DNA of 64,000 nucleotides, taken from the NCBI RefSeq assembly GCF_026571515.1, contig NW_026865491.1, positions 1 through 64,000 of the forward strand, in the 5' to 3' direction. The translations under genes were made by a program, and so were the position numbers. The stretch comes from Ruditapes philippinarum. Taxonomy: Eukaryota. The notes under the pieces are model-generated. The model was not told the DNA's origin, did no database searches, and worked only from the letters and a program-made list of their open reading frames with translations. The number at the start of each line of letters is the position of its first letter. The stretch's first letter is position 1. Below are positions 49,601 through 60,000 of this stretch, one piece after another.

Positions 49601-52600
49601 ATGTGATTGGATAAACTGTGTTGGTTTTTGAATCTTTATATCATAACTTGTTAAACAACAATTATAAATGAGATTTTTTTATTTGAAAACAGACAACAAA
49701 CTAAACTGTATCCCTAAATAATCCACTTTATTCCATTATAATCAAAAGTTGTTGATACTTTGAATACAAATTTGTACAAATGTCAAGATTGTCTCAATTT
49801 GATTGTCTCAATTTTCAGAAAATTTAACATAAATGAGAGCAGCAGTTTAGTGGATAGAGATCCACTGACATAAACACTTACCTGATACCTTTAGCAACAT
49901 CATATGGAGTAGTCTCCCATGCCTTGCCCTCAACAACCTTCCCATCAGGCAGTGTCACATTGATTGGTTTACGTTCCTGTGCTGCCACCCAGTCATCATA
50001 TTCCTTTTTTAATTTATCCCATAATACTTGTCTTGATGCAAGAAATTCTGGTGGGGGATCCATCTAAATACAATCAAACTTTATATAGGCCAGAAACTCT
50101 ATTAAAGTATCAAATAGGCCAATTACAATGTAACAAGTACCATGTTCACAAGAAAGGTTCAAGTTAAAATATATAAAGCTAGCAAGAATGATACAGTGGC
50201 TGAAAGTAGCAAAAGTATTTTGTACAACTATCATTTGACTAATAACTAGAAATGTGTCCATAGGACACGGGTGCCCCCACTGCGCCACTGTTCTGTCAAT
50301 CTTTTTACTAAGTCAAGGGAAATAACTCTACAAATACTGGATAAATCCACAAGCGAAACCCCAGGTGCAAATCTAAAATATGCTGAGCAACCTGCCCATA
50401 AGGTTTAATGACTATGTCAAATCCTTTTTGAGAAACTTGCGACTTAAGTTGAAAATTGCAAAAATTTTCTAAGTGAAGGGCAATAACTCTAAAAATACTA
50501 TATAAATCCAGACGAAAATACCTGGTACACAACTGCACATGCTGATCAATATTCCTGTAAAGTTACATGACTCTAGGTTAAATACTTTTTGAGTTACGTG
50601 TGACACATGTTGAAAATTGCAAAATTTTACTAACTCAAGGGCAATAACTCTGAAAATACTAAAAATATCCAGACGAAAATACCCAGGTGCACAACTACAC
50701 ATGCTGATCAACATTCCTGTAAAGTTTCATGACTCTAGGTCAAATACTTTTTGAGTTACGTGCGACACATGTTGAAAATTGCCAAATTTTACTAACTCAA
50801 GGACAATAACTCTGAAAATACTAAAAATATCCAGACGAAGATACCCAGGTGCACAACTACACATGCTGATCAACATTCCTGTAAAGTTTCATGACTCTAG
50901 GTCAAATACTTTTTGAGTTACTTGCGACACAAGTTGAAAATTTCAAAATTTTACTAAGTCAAGGGCAATAACTCTGAAAATACTAAAAATATCCAGACGA
51001 AAATACCCAGGTGCACAACTACACATGCTGATCAACATTCCTGTAAAGTTTCATGACTCTAGGTGAAATACTTTTTGAGTTACTTGCGACACAAGTTGAA
51101 AATTGCAAAATTTTACTAAGTCAAGGGCAATAACTCTGAAAAAACTAAAAATATCCAGACGAAAATACCCAGGTGCACAACTACACATGCTGATCAACAT
51201 TCCTGTAAAGTTTCATGACTCTAGGTCAAATACTTTTTGAGTTACGTGCGACACAAGTTGAAAATTGCAAAATTTTACTAAGTCAAGGGCAATAACTCTG
51301 AAAATACTAAAAATATCCAGATGAAAATACCCAGGTGCACAACTACACATGCTGATCAACATTCCTGTAAAGTTTCATGACTCTAGGTCAAATACTTTTT
51401 GAGTTACGTGCGACACAAAAGTGAACGGACGGACGGAAGGACGGACGGAAGGACGGACGGACGGACGGACAAGGGTAAATCTAAATGCCCGCCACTAACG
51501 TGGGGGCACAAAAAGAATAAGGAAAGTGAAACACACGAAACAAAGTGGGTCAGGTTTCCATAACTATCATTTGAAAATAACCATCTATTAAATAGGTAAT
51601 ATTCTAACTTATGTCTGATTTTAATATTAATTTCTACCCAGTTTAACATTTAGTACCATGGTTCCATAGAACCACTGACTGCTTAATGCTGTTCAACTTA
51701 ATACTGTGCATTTTGTCTTTAAGATCAAGAGAAGGTTTAACTCAGAAAGCGAACTAATGTAACTATATAAACAGCTTACCGGTTTTAGTTTATCAACCTG
51801 ATCACCAGCAGCCTCTGCTTTAGCTTTCTTCCCTTTCTGTGACTGAAAAAAAACAAGAGCAATAAAACACTATTATACTTTTTTTTTTTGGAAAACATTC
51901 TGTGCATTATTTATCACTACACATCTTAGACTTCAAAACTCAATGTTGTACTATTCGGTAATTCCTGATAATAGTTTCTGGAATAGTATATAAATCTAAC
52001 ACCTGGTTCTTTGAAAGCTTTCTTTTTTTTCTTGGTTGGGTTTTCAGGGATTTTTTTTTGGTTATTTTATAGCCGTTATTGAGTCATATTCCAATTTGAA
52101 AAAGTGTATTATTTTCCCAATCCACAGGAAAATATCCCCAATTGAAAGTTACAAATTTGAATTTTTTTATCATAACTTATTAATAACAATTATAAATGAG
52201 ATTTTTTATTCGAAAACAGACAACAAACCAAACTGAATCTCTCCATAGTTCACTTCAATTTTAATCAAATAGTGTCACGTGAGGTGAGTCAGGTGACCCC
52301 CAGCGTAGTCACCTCACGTGTGAATTGATGTTACTAGTAATCGTAAATATTTTATTTATCGCTTTAGTTTGCATTGGAAATTGATGTTCATTTTATTCTC
52401 TGTTTTACAACAAAATACTATTTTAAAGCAATCATATTCAAATTGTTAGGGAATATAGAATAAAATATAAAGAATTCCATATCTATCAATGAAATTTTCC
52501 GTGTCAGTTCTAGTCAGGCGCATACATTTTTGGCAATCTGACCCCTATGTATTTTTCAGGTCTAAAACTTGTATATAGTACACTAAAGAAAACAGAATGA

Positions 52601-54793
52601 ACCTTATATATACTCCTGGTTTAGACCCCGGGGTCTAATCCAGGATATAGCCACATTTTCAATGTTACTCAAGAATAATAATTAGGCAGGGTATTCCGAT
52701 AAGGAAAAATCACAACTTTTCAGATTAATAATAATAATGATTGTTCAGAGTGTCAAGTGAAAGCAGAAGCAGTGCATGAAATAACGAATGACACCTTTAA
52801 CCCATTACTTCATATACACGCCTTTTAACGCCTTTTTCACCCCCCCCCCTTTTTTGTTGTCTCAAATGATGAAAAAATGCCTTATTTAGGCCCCAAACAC
52901 TTGTTTTTGTTTGAGAAATGTTGTTAAAAAAAAGTGACCTGTTTTTCGGCGCGGCCCCCCAACCAAAAGATACATCAGGGGGTTGCCAGAAGGGGGATGT
53001 GCCCCCTTATGTTTGGGGGGTTTGAAGGGGGGCGGAGTCCCCCTCATCGCCAAGAAAATTTTGGACTTGTGAGAGGCTGTAAATGACCCCAGATTGATCA
53101 TAAGGTAACGTGTAACCAACGCTGAAAAGCATTTGACTCTATCTCAATCCATTGAGAAATTATAGCACTTTGAAATCAATTTTGATGGAAAAAATCAACG
53201 CAAAATAGTGATTTTTTGCAATTTTGAGATGTCCCCTCATTGCCATGGTAACAGAAAATTTAAGTCTGAGCATGTTGTTGCAAGGGCAATGGTCCAGTCA
53301 ACATTTGTGCCAAGTTTGATTAGTGTTGAAGCAGTTTTAATAGTATCATAGCAATTTGAACTTGTAACGGGAGACTTTTCAATGAAAACAGCCATTTTTC
53401 ACAAAATGCTCATGAAGTAATGGGTTAATGAAAAAAATCAAAAAATCTACAAAACAATTTTTCTTCAAATTTATATGACAGGCCATGTTAAAACATGAAA
53501 AAACGCGATTTAGGGTAATTTCAAGTATTTTCATCATTTTCTGTTAACCCATTACTTCATATACACGCCTTTTTCACCCCCCCCCCCTTTTTTGTTGTCT
53601 CAAATGATGAAAAAATGCCTTATTTAGGCCCCAAACACTTGTTTTTGTTTGAGAAATGTTGTTAAAAAAAGTGACCTGTTTTTCGGCGGGGCCCCCCAAC
53701 CAAAAGATACATCAGGGGGTTGCCAGAAGGGGGATGTGCCCCCTTATGTTTGGGGGGTTTGAAGGGAGGCGGAGTCCCCCTCATCGCCAAGAAAATTTTG
53801 GACTTGTGAGAGGCTGTAAATGACCCCAGATTGATCATAAGGTAACGTGTAACCAACGCTGAAAAGCATTTGACTCTATCTCAATCCATTGAGAAATTGT
53901 AGCACTTTGAAATCAATTTTGATTGAAAAAATCAACGCAAAATAGTGATTTTTGGCAATTTTGAGATGTCCCCTCGTTGCCATGGTAACAGAAAATTTAA
54001 GCCTGAGCATGTTGTTGCAAGGGCAATGGTCCAGTCAACATTTGTGCCAAGTTTGATTAGTGTTGAAGCAGTTTTAATAGTATCATAGCAATTTGAACTT
54101 GTAACGGGAGACTTTTCAATGAAAACAGCCATTTTTCACAAAATGCTCATGAAGTAATGGGTTAAAACGGAACAATGAACAATTTTTTTTTATAAACCAA
54201 CTTCCCTGTTCATATAAGGTCTACTTTCAGTTTCACTTGTATGTTTTTAATATCAAATTTTGGAATTCCATTATGCTAAAAACTTCAATTTGTTTAATAA
54301 ATGATTTACCAAGAATATATCCTCCATATTCTATCCTCTACAGACGTTAGGTATATCAATACATAATCAATCAATTTGCTTAAATTTGGATGATGCAATC
54401 ACAAGTCACATCAATAGATGACGCAAATAATCCGGGTGTGTTTGCGTGTAGTTGTTTTTATTATCTTGTCAAGATTCTGAGTAGGGTGGATCTCATTACA
54501 TATAATGACATAATCATTTATTAATGATAGGAACGAGTATCTTTCTATAAGTATAATACACATTTGTGGAATGTGTAAAAATTAGTCAAGACTCAAGAAG
54601 ACAACTGTCAAAATAAATTATTTATCACACACCCGACTACTGAATCGACTGACAGTTGTTCCGAGTCGGCTGCGAAGAGAGGAAAAAGAAAATCTTGACA
54701 GCATGTTAAGCTTTAATTAAAATAAATGCGTCATGCCTTTTTCTTCTCAGATATATCCATCTTTTCCAGTTTGTTTTCCACGTTGTCGGCCAT
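28452..54793 (-). CDS. TARS1: Threonine--tRNA ligase, cytoplasmic (class II aaRS), 714 aa, 20 coding exons
   Basis: Spliced exons total 2145 nt and carry ThrRS motifs: TGS VTLPDGK...WDLDRPLE, editing WHSSAH and DLCRGPH, catalytic [80 protein letters not shown], and an anticodon-binding C-terminus. Confidence 0.97.
29008..29122 (-). CDS. TARS1: TARS exon 19
   Basis: [38 protein letters not shown]. Confidence 0.95.
29376..29884. mobile_element. hAT-like MITE
   Basis: TIRs CAGGGTTCATACAG / CTGTACAAACCCTG (12/14); repeated TTTTAAGCAC and TTCAAGGAC motifs; 8-bp flanks match at only 5/8. Confidence 0.7.
30003..30927 (+). mobile_element. HINE/pearl-like element E2 with ~5 x ~156-bp repeats
   Basis: Starts AACTAGA; subterminal IR TGTGTCGCCTT / AAGGCGACACA; short GACGCC-type repeat before the 3' hairpin. 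Confidence 0.8.
31395..31467 (-). CDS. TARS1: TARS exon 18
   Basis: [25 protein letters not shown]. Confidence 0.95.
31918..32025 (-). CDS. TARS1: TARS exon 17
   Basis: [36 protein letters not shown]. Confidence 0.95.
32056..32607. mobile_element. Non-autonomous element with a long internal palindrome (Crypton-like, tentative)
   Basis: Imperfect ~75-bp-arm inverted repeat at 32065-32218 centred on GTGGCGTAGCCAC, then a second IR pair TTTTATTTCATG / CATGAAATAAAA (~32224 and ~32606). Confidence 0.55.
33177..33277 (-). CDS. TARS1: TARS exon 16
   Basis: [33 protein letters not shown]. Confidence 0.95.
33966..34043 (-). CDS. TARS1: TARS exon 15
   Basis: [26 protein letters not shown]. Confidence 0.95.
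34507..34644 (-). CDS. TARS1: TARS exon 14
   Basis: [46 protein letters not shown]. Confidence 0.95.
35139..35301 (-). CDS. TARS1: TARS exon 13
   Basis: [55 protein letters not shown]. Confidence 0.95.
35349..36786 (+). mobile_element. HINE/pearl-like element E3 with ~163-bp repeats (4 near-identical units, 36053-36705)
   Basis: Starts ACAAGAGCTGTC; IR GCTCGACTATTC / GAATAGTCGAGC; (GACGCC)n microsatellite. Confidence 0.85.
36999..37069 (-). CDS. TARS1: TARS exon 12
   Basis: [23 protein letters not shown]. Confidence 0.95.
37298..37393 (-). CDS. TARS1: TARS exon 11
   Basis: [32 protein letters not shown]. Confidence 0.95.
37528..38592 (+). CDS. LINE A ORF1 (coiled coil + RRM-like); probably 5'-truncated, first ATG at 37780
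   Basis: Open frame to TAG 38590-38592; coiled coil [12 protein letters not shown]...LKKRMVSFE followed by AIRLP...PPILKF. Confidence 0.85.
   Translation, partial: TDQISQINKQFKHGGSPQENKVTVSEILGATNSVLFPYDDSINLSQSVFESPSISKNNREHTHSQNTAKISKPPQETPQDLRSNMATTDQGNGAMSEKEQLTFLCNTVREIKLGQENMRISFEKKFDNLKSELMSTINSKVDTLKNELKFDITRESVRIDEMLTKVDQLKKRMVSFEQERASAHTSVNGTSFGQGNSISDPNRTCTASGIQVTEFEDLIQKAQELVNSLGEEVQSKVIVTDAIRLPARFHDRPPILKFSVETLEQKILLLRNKPKLRFSAEYKHVQVRSSKSHIERLIEMNARATIRNLPQGRSLRVDARGRIKSRVQHENERLLGDNDARAENARDQNTNAEF
38593..42129 (+). CDS. LINE A ORF2 (APE endonuclease - reverse transcriptase - zinc knuckle) with one internal TAA at 41257-41259
   Basis: AHINVCG, SVCETHL, ADFNAR, VDYI and PDHS (APE); [24 protein letters not shown] and YKYLG (RT); CTLC...[10 protein letters not shown]; all in one frame. 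Confidence 0.92.
43161..43974. mobile_element. MITE with GG termini and 8-bp TSD (Mutator/Merlin-like)
   Basis: Subterminal GGACA(A/T)AATCCCCTT repeats mirrored at both ends; TSD GTTTATCA at 43153-43160 and 43975-43982. Confidence 0.85.
44961..45137 (+). mobile_element. Degenerate short TTAACC-ended repeat
   Basis: Shares TTAACC...ATCTTAAATGAACTTG(C/T)CCA with 45298-45480 and 55642-55785. Confidence 0.5.
45166..45264 (-). CDS. TARS1: TARS exon 10
   Basis: [33 protein letters not shown]. Confidence 0.95.
45298..45480 (+). mobile_element. Degenerate short TTAACC-ended repeat
   Basis: TTAACCATTACC...GAACTTGTCCATCTT...GGACAAAACCATTCAT, also at 55642. Confidence 0.55.
45580..45725 (-). mobile_element. 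Degenerate 3' half of a Nin/Deu-like SINE
   Basis: CAGCTTTACTGGTGAGGAAGACCTCAGGTGCCC...GTAGAACCAC matches 47372-47638. Confidence 0.8.
45983..46129 (-). CDS. TARS1: TARS exon 9
   Basis: [49 protein letters not shown]. Confidence 0.95.
46399..46477 (-). CDS. TARS1: TARS exon 8
   Basis: [27 protein letters not shown]. Confidence 0.95.
46654..46898 (-). mobile_element. Nin/Deu-like tRNA SINE, 5'-truncated
   Basis: Exact 14-bp TSD TTGTGCACTATTGT at 46640-46653 and 46899-46912; (AAAC)n tail; A box lost. Confidence 0.9.
47103..47167 (-). CDS. TARS1: TARS exon 7
   Basis: [21 protein letters not shown]. Confidence 0.95.
47372..47638 (-). mobile_element. Full-length Nin/Deu-like tRNA SINE
   Basis: Head GGGGCGTCCCTGGTCGAGTGGTTAAGG...GGGTTTGAATCCC; (AAAC)n tail; TSD AAGTC(C/T)TGCATG at 47360-47371 and 47639-47650. 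Confidence 0.9.
48041..48158 (-). CDS. TARS1: TARS exon 6
   Basis: [40 protein letters not shown]. Confidence 0.95.
48632..48758 (-). CDS. TARS1: TARS exon 5
   Basis: [42 protein letters not shown]. Confidence 0.95.
49325..49440 (-). CDS. TARS1: TARS exon 4
   Basis: [39 protein letters not shown]. Confidence 0.95.
49882..50063 (-). CDS. TARS1: TARS exon 3
   Basis: MDPPPEF...[25 protein letters not shown] |GTAAGT. Confidence 0.95.
50244..51513 (+). mobile_element. HINE/pearl-like element E4 with ~7 x 162-bp repeats
   Basis: Starts AACTAGA; IR GTGCCCCCAC / GTGGGGGCAC; unit markers at 50639, 50801, 50963, 51125 and 51287; (GGAC)n microsatellite. Confidence 0.9.
51780..51842 (-). CDS. TARS1: TARS exon 2
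   Basis: T8CAG| [21 protein letters not shown] |GTAAGC. Confidence 0.85.
52801..53424. mobile_element. piggyBac-like MITE copy 1
   Basis: TTAA-CCCATTACTTCAT...ATGAAGTAATGGG-TTAA. Confidence 0.9.
53548..54161. mobile_element. piggyBac-like MITE copy 2
   Basis: Same TIRs and TTAA flanks; near-identical to copy 1. Confidence 0.9.
54391..54427. promoter_or_regulatory. Candidate C/EBP-ATF (CARE/AARE) pair in TARS intron 1
   Basis: TGATGCAAT at 54391-54399 and TGACGCAAA at 54419-54427. Confidence 0.4.
54737..54793 (-). CDS. TARS1: TARS exon 1 ([19 protein letters not shown]), probable GC donor
   Basis: AGCATGG start context; in-frame TGA two codons after AAG|GCATGA; phase 0 fits exon 2. Confidence 0.7.
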
Positions 54794-54815
54794 GCTTGCT
54801 GAATTAAGTGGCACG

Positions 54816-54825
54816 ACGCATGCGC
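54816..54825. promoter_or_regulatory. NRF1-like motif just upstream of the TARS ATG
   Basis: ACGCATGCGC (9/10 to GCGCATGCGC) in a locally CpG-rich patch. Confidence 0.35.
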
Positions 54826-55641
54826 TGAGCGAGGTCTTACAATCCCAAATTTTTATTACAAGGCTGAGCATCACTAAGTTACTCCCTTCAGTAAGCGACT
54901 CCCTTAGGAAGGATGTAAGGTACTAAACACAAAATATTGTTCTATTTATTTAAAAACGTACCAGAACTGCCATCAAGCATAGTCATTTCCATTTCAAAGG
55001 TACTCGCCTTCACATAACTAGTGTAAAAATATCAACATGTTTGTTTACAGAACTTTATCAATATGCATAGAAATTAAATTTGCAGTTTCTGTGAGATAAA
55101 TGTGACCTAACAGTTGTAATTTTTCACTTGAGAAAGATATACTAACAGAACAGCTGGCTGCAGGTAGAACTAGATAAATGCCAGTTTTAAACCCGATTTA
55201 CATTATATGCTCTTTGTTTTTGTGAACTTTTATAGACACAGCTTCCTACGATATACTGTAAAAAACCTACCTGGTGCACAACACTTCTATTGCAACTAAC
55301 TGTTCTATTTGCAATCAGTTAACAGGTATGTTTATACAGGATTCTAATTTAAGTCAAAGTTGACAAAATAAAACATTGCCACAGTTAAAAATTACAGCAG
55401 TGCAAATACTTTACCAAGATGATTTTTTGTTTAAACAAGACATATTTTAATCATCCAGTTCCATATAAATCAGGGAATAAAAAATCTTTATGTACCCTGA
55501 TATAAATGTATAAGCTCAAACCACCATGTTTAGTGGCTTTAAAGTAAATCATATCATCATATCCATGACTAAATTTACATACCCCTTTTTTGCCATAGGA
55601 AAACATGGAAAATAAATATTTGGTTTTGAACTCTGTGGTGT

Positions 55642-55785
55642 TTAACCTTTACCACCCTGAATATCTTTAATGGACTTGTCCATCTTTCAGGCGGGACAAA
55701 ACCATTCATTATTAGGGAAAATTACAAAACATGCAATGAATTTACTGAATAGCAAACAGTGCAGACAATTATTGATCAGATGGCT
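55642..55785 (+). mobile_element. Partial TTAACC-ended repeat
   Basis: Similar to 45298-45480. Confidence 0.5.
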
Positions 55786-57003
55786 TCGCTGATTTCGTCA
55801 GTAAGCATGCTTTCAATCTTTAAAGGAGTATGGGAATATTTATCATATGAATTACGGACAGGGCGGACCGTGAGACAGGGCGGACCGTACCAGGGCGGAC
55901 CGTGACTCGAGACTAGGCGGACCGTATTTTTGGACAGGGCGGACCGTCACTCGAGACGAGGCGGGCCGTGATTTAAAAAAGTATTTATATGTGGACTAAT
56001 GTAATTATTGATGTTTTTGTTCTTCGTATTGATATTTCAATTCAAATATTCAATTAAAAATATAAAATACAGTAAGTTTTAAAAGTTCTTTGATGTGTCT
56101 TATTGTTTAATAAATTCTATTTCAGTGTTCATTTTATTTCATGTGTCTGTGCTTATTATTAAAATTTTAATAAGATAGTTTTGTTTTTCAAATAATTCAC
56201 TTCATTTTTTTGTTATTGTGTTGAATTGCAAATAATTTTAATGTGATGTTATTCGTTATTATTGTTATTTCGTGTATTGTACAACAAAATATTTTTTTTT
56301 ATGTGTCTAATTGTTTAATAAAGTTTATCAATTTTAGCAGCGTTAGCGCCTTATACAAACAATAACATTGTTATATCCCGATAATTGGTCAATTATCACT
56401 TGCGTAAGTCGACGCAGTTACAAATAATTTCTTGAGAAATTTTTTTTAAACTACTCTAATATACTGAAACAAAAAAGAAACTCTCTCCAAGTTTGAATGT
56501 AGATATGATTTTTAGATTTATTTATTTCATTTCCAATAGGCTTATAAGCCCATGAGGACAACATATTACAAACATAATATATATGACATGACAGAGTAAT
56601 GCATGATAATGATAATAATACATCTCTTTTTCAAATATTTGAAATATAGGAGAAGGTTGAAACTCAACCTTAAAATAACTTCTCCAATAGAGGAGAAACA
56701 ATTATTCAATACAATACATTATAATATATATGCAATCATGGGAATAGTACTCCAATTTTTAGTCAACCTTTATCGAAATCGAAAACAAAAGAGAAAAGGT
56801 CAACTCATTGGCTATTCGTGAAACATCATCATCAAAATAACTGTAGATTGATTCAAAATATCATTAATTTTTTTATTCTTTTCTCTTTGAAACTTTTAGT
56901 ATTGAATTTTATATCTTGAAAGGAGTAATATTTCCACTGTGCTGTGGCAACCAAAAGAAGAGAAGAAGAAAAATGCTGAGATATATACATTATTTTACAT
57001 GTA

Positions 57004-60000
57004 TCATTGCCCGTACATAATGTTATTTCTAATAGCAAAAGCGTTGTATACATATATTCCTAAATTTCTAATTACAGTTTTGTTATCAGATTTAATCAAT
57101 TCTAAAAACTTAAACATATTTGGTCTATTCCAATAGTATCTTGGTATATACTTTTTCCTTAAATCATTGTAAAGATAGCATTCAATTACAAAATGAAATT
57201 CATCCTCCAATAACCACATAAGTTACATTTCCTTTCATTTATTTCAATTCTTACTGGACGTGCCCATCTACCTGACTCAATTTGTAACCTGTGTGATGAA
57301 ACACGCAATCTAGATAATGCTTGGCAAAATTTATTCATTGAAAAACATTCAAGATATGGCTGACTTTGGAAAGAATGCTATGTTTCTGTAAAATAATGCT
57401 CTGCTTGAAACATTTAGTCTACTATGCCAGTTTTGAATAAATTGATCTGTTAATCTTTGTTTAACTGAAGATAAAAATAATTCAACATCACCAACATTTT
57501 TGCTCTAACCAAGCATCATAAAAACCAAGAGAACATAATAAATTTTTAACATTGAACACCAGTTTACCTTACGCTCATCTCGTTCAAAATCTAATTTTTA
57601 ACATGTTATAGATCAAATAAATATACTTATTTTCGCGTGTTCTTAATATCTTTACCAGTATTTAACAATGTTCATATGATGAATAACTTGTAAAGAGGTT
57701 CTACCCAGTTCTCCATAAACGAAATCATTTTGGGTTGTTTTTTTCACCACACCAAGAATACTTTTACAGAATTGCAAATTAACTCTTTCTATTGACATAT
57801 CATTAGTAAACCTAATATTTCACTACTATAATTTAAAATTGGCATAACTAATTTATCAAATAAATCGAGTTTATGTCGAGGTGGTATGTAAGTAAATTTT
57901 TATATAAGTATTTGTTTAACTTAAAACTGCTTTCTGAGCTTGGCCCGCCAGGGTGCTTTGAGCTGTGCTTAAAGACCCACCACAAGTGAACACTACACCT
58001 AAGTATGAGAATTTGTTAACTATGTCAAGTATTTCACCATTATAATAAAACAAAGATCACTTGGTAAACGTCCACCTTTTCCTAAAAATCATTACCTTTG
58101 TTTTTGATATGTTTTACTTTTAATTTCCAAGTGTTTACAATAATCATTTAAAACATTCAAACTATGCTGTAATCTTCAGGAGAATTTCCAAAAAGAACAA
58201 TATCATCTGCATACAACAGAAGGAAAATTTTAAACATATCTATATCTATACCATCTGAACCTCTATGTATAACGTATCTTCTAAATCATTTATGAATAGA
58301 GTGAAGAGCAAGGGAGATAAACACTCACCTTGTCTTACACCCAAGCATACATGTATATTCTTCACTAAGATTATTTAGATATTTAACACGTGATTTTACA
58401 GACTCATACATTGATTTAATGATATCTAAAATATTACCTCTAAGACCTAATTGTACAATTTATACCACAAATTGTCCCTAACTATGTAGTCAATGCTTTC
58501 GTAAAATCTACAAACACAGTGAAAAGCTGTTTACCTTGATTTAAAAAAATGATTTATAAGTCCATTTAATACAAAAACATTATCAATGGTACTCATGTTT
58601 GACCTAAAACCCGCCTGAGCTTCTATGTATACATTGTAATTTTCTGCCCATGATTTTAAATCTATTATTTTATAATACGTGTAAAAAGCTTTCCTAAAAC
58701 AACTAAGAAGTGTCACCCCACGATAATTTTCGACATTATTTATATTACTTTTTTATGCAATGGTATTACATAGCCATCAGACCATTTTTTCTGGAAAATA
58801 ACGGATTTCAAAAAAATTTTATTAAAAAGTTTATGCAAAACAGGTATAAGAACATCTTTTCCTGCCGTGAAAAATTCATTTAATATTAAGTCTGGTCCAC
58901 AGATCGATTACTTTTCAATTGTTTAATGGCATTTATTATTTCGTCAACAGATATCATATTATTAAGTTCATTAAACATAACATTAAACTCATGATTCTCG
59001 TATCTCTCATTGAAATAAGAGTACATCTTCATCCGGACTGAAAAAATTGCCATCCGGATTGTTAACCGCCTTAAAATATTTTTCAAATTCTGATAATGGT
59101 ATATTTGATTGTTTTACACCTGCTAAACCCTTTAACATAGACAGTAAATTTTTGCATTTTTTACTTTTAGCTTGTAACAGTTTTTGAAGTATTTTCATGA
59201 TCAAAATCAAATCTACATTTCCGTAACACTTTCTTATATTCTGTTCTAGCAGACACCATATTTACTCTATTACTGTCTGTCGGCATTTGGCGAAAAAATA
59301 TTCAGCATGTTTAAAAATATCTGTTTTTTCTCATAACAGTCATCATTTATACCAGGGATGATTATTTTCTGACCTACTAATTATATTTTCATTATTACTA
59401 ACATTTAAATATTTTATACATGAAGGCGTTGCCACTTCATTGATAACCTTTTGAAAAAATCACTCACGCATAAATCTATGTTTTCATGAGACATACATGA
59501 TGATATTTCATTTGATAGATGTTCAAGTTTATGCTCAATCTCACTATTTTTTAATTTTTCTAAAAACTGCACTTTCCTATCCGAATCCCAAACATATTTA
59601 CAATTAATTGTTTCCTTTTGTTCATATGGCTCATTTATTGATACATTTTCAACTTTATCAATCTTCAAAGTACATGACACAAGACAGTGATCTGATAATA
59701 TATTCGGGCAATCAATATCAAAACTATCAACATACTTAAATAATTCTTGTTTACATAATATATAGTCAATAACACTACAACCCTGATTGTTAACGAATGT
59801 GTATTTACCTATGTCGCAATCATTTCTAGCCTACCATTCATAATTCTCAAACCGGTTTGCCTACAAAAATCTAACAATAATAAGCCATTATTATTCACGT
59901 GACCATGATCTTGTGATCTCCTTGGTATTTCATTGTCACAAGTATAATCATCGGGCAATACATTTATACGTTCTAAATCAACATTGTCATTTGCTACATA

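Noticed and set aside
52886-54132. Duplicated short ORFs ([13 protein letters not shown]...) as a gene pair
   Set aside because: They are inside twin MITEs and differ by a frameshift in an A-run.
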